From the IMG/VR virus record IMGVR_UViG_3300037420_000294, positions 1 through 42,311 of that record: a stretch of 42,311 nucleotides of DNA. One strand, given 5' to 3'. A program made the translations under genes and the position numbers. Shown piece after piece: positions 35,877-42,311 of the stretch. Source of the stretch: a virus. Taxonomy: Duplodnaviria; Caudoviricetes. The notes beneath the pieces are model-generated. The model made no database searches, had not been told where the DNA came from, and saw only the letters and a list, made by a program, of their open reading frames with translations. The first letter of the stretch is position 1. Every line of letters begins with the position of its first letter.

Positions 35877-36304
35877 TGGATCTCGTCAAGCGCATGCTCG
35901 CGACGCAGAAGACCGTCGACACATTCAAAGGCAGGGCATTCAGGGACGGCCGCAGCGATTGCGTCCAGCTGATCCTCGCTCACTCGCGCCACATGGGCCG
36001 TCCGATCAAGGTGCCGAAATATCGCGACGTAAAAGGCGCGGCCGGTGTGCTGAAAAAGCTCGGCTTCAAGACGCTTGCGGAGGCGATGGACCATCATTTC
36101 ACGCGCATCGATGTGAGCCGCGTGCTGGCCGGCGATATCGTCGAGATGCCGGGCGCCAACGGCTTCTCTGGGCTGACCGTCTCCGTCGGCAACGGGCGCG
36201 TTCTCGGCTTTCACGAAGACATCGAGCATTGCGAAATTCTGCAGCCGCTCCTGATCAGCGGCGTGTGGCGGATCGAAGCGAAGGCTAAGCGTCGCGGCCG
36301 CTGA
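35873..36304 (+). CDS. NlpC/P60-like tail protein
   Basis: F..G.SDC and GDIV motifs; position in the tail tip module. Confidence 0.65.
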   Translation: MMDLVKRMLATQKTVDTFKGRAFRDGRSDCVQLILAHSRHMGRPIKVPKYRDVKGAAGVLKKLGFKTLAEAMDHHFTRIDVSRVLAGDIVEMPGANGFSGLTVSVGNGRVLGFHEDIEHCEILQPLLISGVWRIEAKAKRRGR

Positions 36305-36626
36305 CGCACGCTTCAATATTGTTGCGGACGCGCGCCCCATAGGCGAGGCCCTCGCGAACTTCGACGGTTGATCCGGCTTTTGTCGGACGGAGCGTCACCA
36401 GCACCGCGGTAGTTCCGCCGCCGCCGAACGACAGCTCCGTCGAGCCATCGCCGGGGATGATCGAAGGGGCCGCGATCCAACTGAGATTCCCAGCGAGGCA
36501 ATGCTGAAGCTCGGCCACTGGCCGGCTGCTGTAATACGTCGCTCTAGGCGTGTGGTCGCGCATCTCGCGGATGGTGGTGCTGCAGCCGACCGTAAGCAGC
36601 AGCGCCAGGATCAAGATCCGTTTCAT
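36285..36626 (-). CDS. Lipoprotein moron
   Basis: Signal peptide and lipobox MKRILILALLLTVG-C; antisense to the tail genes. Confidence 0.8.
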   Translation of the reverse strand: MKRILILALLLTVGCSTTIREMRDHTPRATYYSSRPVAELQHCLAGNLSWIAAPSIIPGDGSTELSFGGGGTTAVLVTLRPTKAGSTVEVREGLAYGARVRNNIEACVSGRDA

Positions 36627-36633
36627 CGCCGCC

Positions 36634-36662
36634 GATTTAAACTTTTCGGGGAGATGGCTCAA
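36634..36662 (-). promoter_or_regulatory. Sigma70-like promoter of the lipoprotein gene
   Basis: TTGAGC-N17-TAAATC; ATG 7 nt downstream. Confidence 0.55.
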
Positions 36663-36670
36663 CCAGGTGC

Positions 36671-36704
36671 GAACCTACAGCCGCCGGGGACCGCCCAATA
36701 ATCT
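36671..36704 (+). promoter_or_regulatory. Late promoter element 9
   Basis: GAACCTACA-N19-TAATCT; ATG 9 nt downstream. Confidence 0.8.
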
Positions 36705-36713
36705 GCCGCACGC

Positions 36714-39050
36714 ATGTCCAAGGTGGTGAAAATCGCGGCTATCGTCGTTGGCGTGGTGGCCATGGCGATCCCGGTCGTCGGTCAGATCGTCGGCACTGCC
36801 ACACTTGCGGCCGCGCTCGGCGTCAGCGTCGGAACGCTCGCCACCATCGCCACCATTGCATCGGTCACCGCAACCGTCCTCGGCGTCGTCGCAGGAGTCC
36901 TGACGAAACCTCCAAAGCTCAAGAGCGACATCGCCGGCCAGCAACTCGAATGGTCCGCCGATCCGTCCGCAGGCGAGCCATATGCGCTCGGCGACACGAT
37001 GATCGGCGCCTCGATCGTGCACCAGGCGAGCTGGGGGACGAAGAACAAGAACCTCGGCATCATCGGCGCGCTCAGCATCTGCACGATCTTCGCCTATGAC
37101 GGCCTCTATGCCGACATGACGCAGGTGAGCTTCAGTTCGACCACACACAACGCGATCGGCTACTTCCACGACCATCTCTACCTGAACACGCAACTCGGCG
37201 CGACGCCGGAGGCTGCGGCGCTCACCATGACCGCGCCGGATGCGACCGCGATGCCCGATTGGGGTGCGGCCTATAAGACGTCCGGCATCGCGACGGCGGG
37301 CATGATCCTTGTCGCCGATATCGACAATGGGAAGATTTATTCGGGAGGGACGCCGAAGCTCACCAATCGGGTTCGGGGCGTGCTCGCCTATGACCCACGC
37401 GCGGATTCGACGCAGCCGGGCGGCAGCGGGGCTCAGCGCGCACTCACCGAGAGCACTTATGCCTATTCGGACAATCCGTGGGTGCACGCCGCCACCTACG
37501 CACTCGGCCGCTGGCAGAGTGGCAAGAAGGTGATCGGGCCCGGCCTCGCGCCGGCTCAAATCGACTTCGCGTCCTACATGGAAGCGGCCAGCGTTGCCGA
37601 CGCGAACGGCTGGAAAATCTCCGGCCTCATTTATTCGAGCGACGGTAAGTGGGACGTGCTGAAAGCGATGGCACAGGCCGGTGGCGGCTTCCCGATGCCC
37701 GCCCAGGCTCGTCTGTCGTGTCTCGTCAATGCGCCCAAGGTCAGCATCGCGACGATCACCGAGGCTGACGTGAAAGGCGCCGTGACGGCGCCGCAAATGC
37801 TGATCCGCCGCGACCGGCTCAATGGAGCCATCCCGCGCATCCGCACCTCGGACCATGGCTGGGAAGTGACGCCGCTGGTGGCGGTCAGGAACGCGACATA
37901 TCTCGCGGCGGACGATGGCAACGAAAAGACCCGCGAGGTCGATCTTCCGCTGGTTTCCGACAACGGGAACGGCGCCGGAAAGAACCAGGCCGCGCAGCTC
38001 GCCGCCTACGCCGTAGCGAACAGTCGCGAGCGCACCGGCATCTCGGTCGAGCTCGGCTATCAGTGGTCGCAGTATAAGCCGGGCGATTGCCTAACGCTCG
38101 ACCTGCCGGGCGCGCGGCTGAGCAATCAGAAGTGCATCGTCATCGGCCGCACGATCAACGTCGCGAAGAATACGATCACGCTGCAGTTCCAGACCGAGGA
38201 CGATGCGAAGCATACGTGGGCGCTTGGCGTCACCGGCACTGCCAACACGCCGCCGACGATCGCGCAGGCACCAGGGACCGGCGACACGAATACCAATGTC
38301 CTCGGCATTGATGATCCGCCTCAGCGCCTCAGCTTCAAGTACGATTATACGGGAGCTCCGCAGACCAACGAGTTTTCGCGCGACCTGACCTTCAAGCTCT
38401 ACAACTCGGCCGGCCAGATCACTGACGGGATCACTTGGACCTATCAGGTGCTGACCGGAACGGTGAACGGCTTCACCAGCGCATCAGCGGCACAGTCGAT
38501 GGCAGGCATCGGAACCGGGACGCTGACCGTCTCTAGCCTCGGCACGAGCGAGGCAAAGGTGCAGGTCACGGCCTCGATCAACGGCAGCTCATATGTGAAA
38601 ACGGTCACGCTGTCGCAGGACATGTCCCTAGCGCCGGTCGGTGCGAGCGGTGCGCTCGCGTCGAAAACCAGCGGCTTCGCGAGCATCAACTCGACGACGT
38701 TCATTGACGATACCGGCGCGATCGCTGGCACCGTGCCGTCAGGGAAGACCGCGGCGACGGTTGCCGTCGCGCTCGATTTCACGCCGAACGTGGGGATCAG
38801 CGGGGCCTGGACTGTCGAGGTCAAGGTGATGCGCGACATCTCCGGCACACCGACTCAGATCGGCACGACGCAAAGCAACTCCTCGGATTGGGATGACGTC
38901 GACAAGACGCTGACGCCCGCGAGCTTCGCCTTCTCGATTGCGGACACGGGCCTGACGGCCGGCACGACCTACAACTGGCGCGTTTACGCTCGCCTCACCA
39001 GCGGCTCGCGCACGCACAGCGTCACTGGCACGGTGACCGTCACCGCCTGA
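36714..39050 (+). CDS. Tail tip / central fibre (gpJ-like) protein
   Basis: G...YDPR.D, YS.NP and ID..S...AA..D patterns; Thr-rich C-terminus. Confidence 0.8.
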   Translation: MSKVVKIAAIVVGVVAMAIPVVGQIVGTATLAAALGVSVGTLATIATIASVTATVLGVVAGVLTKPPKLKSDIAGQQLEWSADPSAGEPYALGDTMIGASIVHQASWGTKNKNLGIIGALSICTIFAYDGLYADMTQVSFSSTTHNAIGYFHDHLYLNTQLGATPEAAALTMTAPDATAMPDWGAAYKTSGIATAGMILVADIDNGKIYSGGTPKLTNRVRGVLAYDPRADSTQPGGSGAQRALTESTYAYSDNPWVHAATYALGRWQSGKKVIGPGLAPAQIDFASYMEAASVADANGWKISGLIYSSDGKWDVLKAMAQAGGGFPMPAQARLSCLVNAPKVSIATITEADVKGAVTAPQMLIRRDRLNGAIPRIRTSDHGWEVTPLVAVRNATYLAADDGNEKTREVDLPLVSDNGNGAGKNQAAQLAAYAVANSRERTGISVELGYQWSQYKPGDCLTLDLPGARLSNQKCIVIGRTINVAKNTITLQFQTEDDAKHTWALGVTGTANTPPTIAQAPGTGDTNTNVLGIDDPPQRLSFKYDYTGAPQTNEFSRDLTFKLYNSAGQITDGITWTYQVLTGTVNGFTSASAAQSMAGIGTGTLTVSSLGTSEAKVQVTASINGSSYVKTVTLSQDMSLAPVGASGALASKTSGFASINSTTFIDDTGAIAGTVPSGKTAATVAVALDFTPNVGISGAWTVEVKVMRDISGTPTQIGTTQSNSSDWDDVDKTLTPASFAFSIADTGLTAGTTYNWRVYARLTSGSRTHSVTGTVTVTA

Positions 39051-39057
39051 GGTGCTT

Positions 39058-39091
39058 GAACCTACAGCGCGAGAGGCGCGGGCCGTATCGT
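39058..39091 (+). promoter_or_regulatory. Late promoter element 10
   Basis: GAACCTACA-N19-TATCGT; ATG 6 nt downstream. Confidence 0.8.
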
Positions 39092-39097
39092 TCCGGC

Positions 39098-39580
39098 ATG
39101 TCGGAAGCCATCAGGATCCCCCTCATCGCTGACCGGACGCTGGTGTTTATCCAGTCGCTGATCTTTCTTGGTCAGGACTTCACCGGCGGCACCTTCGGCA
39201 TGAAAATCAGGACGACGCCAGATGCGTCCGGATCGCCGATCGCCAACCTCCTGACCGTCACCGACGATAGCGAGGGCATCGAGCTTCGCTATGCCGGCAC
39301 GGACACCATCGCCAACCAGATCGCGGCCGGGCGCCTGACGCTCGACGTCTACAATCTCATCAACCCGGCGACGCGAACGAACTACCTTCCGACCGACAGC
39401 GTCATCCTGAGTGAAATCAGGATCCTGATCGGCGGTCCAACCATGAGCGCCATGCCAGCCGCCCCTGAGAAGGGCGACGATGTCGTGCTCGCCTACGACC
39501 TCACCATTACGCCGGTCGGCACGGTCAAGGCCAAGTACGCCTACGGAGACTTCACGGTCCGCGGAACGGTGACGCAATGA
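39098..39580 (+). CDS. Putative tail / baseplate adaptor protein
   Basis: YDL.I........YGDF.V...VT C-terminus; start reassigned using the promoter element. Confidence 0.6.
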   Translation: MSEAIRIPLIADRTLVFIQSLIFLGQDFTGGTFGMKIRTTPDASGSPIANLLTVTDDSEGIELRYAGTDTIANQIAAGRLTLDVYNLINPATRTNYLPTDSVILSEIRILIGGPTMSAMPAAPEKGDDVVLAYDLTITPVGTVKAKYAYGDFTVRGTVTQ

Positions 39581-39611
39581 CCGGTGACCTTTCCTCGAGC
39601 GGGACCGGCGC

Positions 39612-39797
39612 ATGTTCATAAGCCGGAACATCGTCATTCCCGACAACGGGAGGCGGATCATCCTGGTCCAGTCGAACGGTCGTGTGGCCGTGTTTCGGCG
39701 TCATGGGCCCGATCCGGTCGCGCCGCCGACATCAACGTCACTCGATTTCTCGGATTCAACGAACAGCGGCCTGCTCGCATTGCTGGAGGACATTTGA
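39612..39797 (+). CDS. Hypothetical 61-aa protein
   Basis: Fills the gap in the operon; ends LDFSD..NSGLLALL. Confidence 0.5.
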   Translation: MFISRNIVIPDNGRRIILVQSNGRVAVFRRHGPDPVAPPTSTSLDFSDSTNSGLLALLEDI

Positions 39798-39798
39798 A

Positions 39799-40416
39799 AT
39801 GAGCACGATCAACGTCAAAGATGCCACTGGCGCGACCGTTGCGGTGCAGGCGCCACTGGCGCCCGGGCGCGCCGCGGCGGCAGCCTCTCGTCCGGTGGTG
39901 CTGTCGACCGAAGATCTGGCCGCAATCAGCGACGTCACCACTGAGAAGCCGGTCAGCGTGCACACGCCGGCGGACGTCATCAGCTTCACGCCGACGCTGG
40001 ACACGGCAGCCTATGCGCCGGGCGACGTGCTGTTCGCGACGGCGGCGATCGCCGGCATCACGCGCGCCAATGATCTTCGCGCCGTGCTGATGTCGCTGAC
40101 CGCGATCGACAAGTCCAAGAACAAGCCGGCGTTCACGCTCTACTTCTACCAGACGAACGTCACCTCGGCCGCCGCGAATGCGGCCAACAATTTGAGCGAC
40201 GCCGACGCGGTCAACTGCCTCGGCTTCGTCGACGTGGCATCGACCGACTGGAAAGACCTCGCGAACAACAGCATCGCGTGCCTCAAGGGCATCAACCTGC
40301 TGCTCGAGGCGGCGACCGGCACGACCAGCGTCTATGTCGTTGGCATCCTCAACGCCGGCACGCCGACGTTCGCCAACGGCGACCTGGTGCTCAAGCTCGG
40401 GGTGGTGCAGGCCTGA
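39799..40416 (+). CDS. Putative virion protein
   Basis: GGAGG RBS; starts MSTINVKDA; Thr/Ala-rich. Confidence 0.65.
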   Translation: MSTINVKDATGATVAVQAPLAPGRAAAAASRPVVLSTEDLAAISDVTTEKPVSVHTPADVISFTPTLDTAAYAPGDVLFATAAIAGITRANDLRAVLMSLTAIDKSKNKPAFTLYFYQTNVTSAAANAANNLSDADAVNCLGFVDVASTDWKDLANNSIACLKGINLLLEAATGTTSVYVVGILNAGTPTFANGDLVLKLGVVQA

Positions 40417-42311
40417 TGTTCGCCGGGCTGATGCGGTCCTCGCTGCTGCACGGCGTTAGCCGTGCCGCGCTGCAGCTTCCCGCCGTCAACACCGTCGCTC
40501 CCTCGATCAGCGGAACCCGTGGCGGGACGCTGACGGCAACTCCCGGCACCTGGACAGGCGCGACCTCGGTTTCGGGCCAGTGGTACGCGGACGGCGTTGC
40601 GACCGGCAACACGACGACCAGCTTCACCGACAGCGACACGTCGAAGAGCCTCGAATATCGCGAGACCGCGCTTCCGGGGAGCGTCGTTGCGAGCGGTTAC
40701 AAGGGCGCGTTCGTCGATCCCCCGCAGACCTTCTCGGATAATTTCGACGACAATTCGAAGAACACGGCGCTGTGGGGCACGAACGGCCCCTTCATTGGCA
40801 GCGGCATCGCGACCGGCGGCGCGGCCAACGAGACGAACCAGCGGCTCGAGGTTTCGCCGCCGGCCAGCACGGCCAACGGCGGCAATGGCTTTATCTCAAG
40901 CTGGACGTTTGATTTCACGGGAGCATCGCTGACGGCAAGCATCGCGATCGTCAGCACATGGAATGGCGCAACGATCCCCTACCTCGGCATCGGGTCCGAC
41001 GCCAACAATGGTTATCAGATCGATATCGACGGCGGCACGCTGTACATCGCCAAGATAAAGACCGGAACCAAGACGCTTCCCGCAGCCGGTCCGGTCTTCA
41101 ACGCCACGACCCACAAGTTCCTGCGGCTGCGGCATGGCGGGTCGAGCGATGACACGTTCTACATGGACACGTCGCCAGACGGAGCCGCGTGGACGCAGCA
41201 GACTTCCGTCGCGCGTGACGCAGCTGTCGCAATCACCAACGTCAAGGTCGCGCTGGGCGCGTTCATCTGGACGTCCGCTACAACGCCCGGGACTGTTGGT
41301 TTCGACAATGTGGCCACGACCGCGACCGCGACGAGCGGGCCAACGTCGAACATCGTCTCGTCTGTCCCGATCAACCAACAATCGGGCGGATTGCCGTGGC
41401 AGAAGCAGGTCGACATTACTGCCACTATTCCCGTCGTCGGTGCGACCGGCGCTCAATACAAGATCGAAACCGAGGCGGGCCAGTTCGTCCAAGGCTGGAC
41501 GGCGATGACGCTCGCCAGCGGCACGGCGACGGCTTCCTACCTCATCGCCGATCACGCCTATGAGGGGCAGAAGCTCCGCGTTCTTGTTCGCAATGTCGGC
41601 GGGACCGTGAACACGACCTCCGCGCTGACTGCGACCAACGGCTACGTCCTCAACAGCCCGATCCAGGTAGGCATCAATGACGGCAACGGATGGGGCTATG
41701 CGGACCAGACTCCTAGCCGCGAGTGGTTCGCCATTCGCGATTTTGGCATCTGCGGCGCAACGGCAACCACGGCGGATCGACAGGAAATTTTTCCCGCTGG
41801 ATTGGTGCAGCAGAATTACTCGCATTGGGCGGAAGCCTACAGCCCGACGCAGGTGTACCCGAGCGCGAACGGCGAGGTCTTTAACTTTCGCCAGTGCCGT
41901 TACCAAGGGCTGAGCTGGAAAACAGTCGACACGACCTCTCAGACGCGACCGGCACCGAGCACCGCCGATCCTGCCGGCACGACTACCGGATGGAGCATCA
42001 CGCCGATCAACGGCGGCGCGGACGCAAGCCTCGTTGGCCTGACTGGCGACGGGCTTCCGACAAAGCTGCCCGACGACACCAACCTCACCATCTATTGCAG
42101 TTACTCATGGGTTCCTCCGGTAAGCCGCAGCGGCGCGACCTTCACCGTCCACTGCAAGACGCAGCCGGGGATCAAGTGGGTCCCTGTTTTCAATTCGCTC
42201 AACACGGTGACGATCACTAACGTCGATCTCGTCGCGGGCACCTTCGACCTCAACTACATCAGCCCTCACGCGAGCGGCTTCAACGGCCTGATGCGCATCG
42301 ACCGCGCCAAT
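40416..42311 (+). CDS. Tail fibre / receptor-binding protein (3' truncated)
   Basis: TGATG start; frame open to the window end (632 codons). Ig-like start (NT.AP.ISG...GTLT...GTW...QW) followed by a lectin-like beta-sandwich. Absent from the ORF track. Confidence 0.7.
   Translation, partial: MFAGLMRSSLLHGVSRAALQLPAVNTVAPSISGTRGGTLTATPGTWTGATSVSGQWYADGVATGNTTTSFTDSDTSKSLEYRETALPGSVVASGYKGAFVDPPQTFSDNFDDNSKNTALWGTNGPFIGSGIATGGAANETNQRLEVSPPASTANGGNGFISSWTFDFTGASLTASIAIVSTWNGATIPYLGIGSDANNGYQIDIDGGTLYIAKIKTGTKTLPAAGPVFNATTHKFLRLRHGGSSDDTFYMDTSPDGAAWTQQTSVARDAAVAITNVKVALGAFIWTSATTPGTVGFDNVATTATATSGPTSNIVSSVPINQQSGGLPWQKQVDITATIPVVGATGAQYKIETEAGQFVQGWTAMTLASGTATASYLIADHAYEGQKLRVLVRNVGGTVNTTSALTATNGYVLNSPIQVGINDGNGWGYADQTPSREWFAIRDFGICGATATTADRQEIFPAGLVQQNYSHWAEAYSPTQVYPSANGEVFNFRQCRYQGLSWKTVDTTSQTRPAPSTADPAGTTTGWSITPINGGADASLVGLTGDGLPTKLPDDTNLTIYCSYSWVPPVSRSGATFTVHCKTQPGIKWVPVFNSLNTVTITNVDLVAGTFDLNYISPHASGFNGLMRIDRAN

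Noticed and set aside
29984-36304. Gene transfer agent cluster
   Set aside because: Some tail genes are GTA-like, but integrase, attP, immunity and replication modules show an autonomous temperate phage.
19615-39091. GAACCTACA repeats as a CRISPR array or as EcfG-type (GGAAC-N16/17-CGTT) promoters
   Set aside because: The copies are kilobases apart and only 9 bp long. The spacing and downstream TANNNT do not fit the EcfG consensus.
39098-42311. Lysis cassette or diversity-generating retroelement
   Set aside because: No endolysin, holin, reverse transcriptase or template/variable repeat pair was seen. They may lie outside the window.

Overview
The window is most of the genome of a temperate, lambdoid-type siphovirus. 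The host is probably an alphaproteobacterium (inferred from the GapR/DUF2312-like gene and GTA-like tail genes). From left to right it contains: a partial phage-like gene; an apparently intact attP (3' half of tRNA-Glu flanked by repeated arm-type sites and an IHF box); int/xis; a leftward early operon (J-domain protein, C5 DNA methyltransferase, RecT/YqaJ); a cI/cro switch with palindromic operators; a rightward early operon (DnaA-C HTH, GapR-like, RusA, ParB-like, Gp88-like, SNF2-methyltransferase fusion, RecA-family helicase, thermonuclease, LmbU-like regulator); and terminase, portal, head, two tRNAs, tail and a truncated fibre gene. No lysis genes are visible. Four things stand out. (1) A complete HNH endonuclease gene is nested in another frame inside the C5 methyltransferase, and the methyltransferase frame stays open across it. 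The HNH is very rich in CGA codons, and the phage also carries a rare tRNA-Arg(UCG). (2) The late region has ten copies of a promoter-like element, GAACCTACA-N19-TANNNT, most of them placed for leaderless translation. (3) The portal is fused to an Acb1-like 2H phosphoesterase. (4) The att site is in the excised (attP) configuration. Family names come from recognising motifs by eye, not from database searches, and all counts are by hand.
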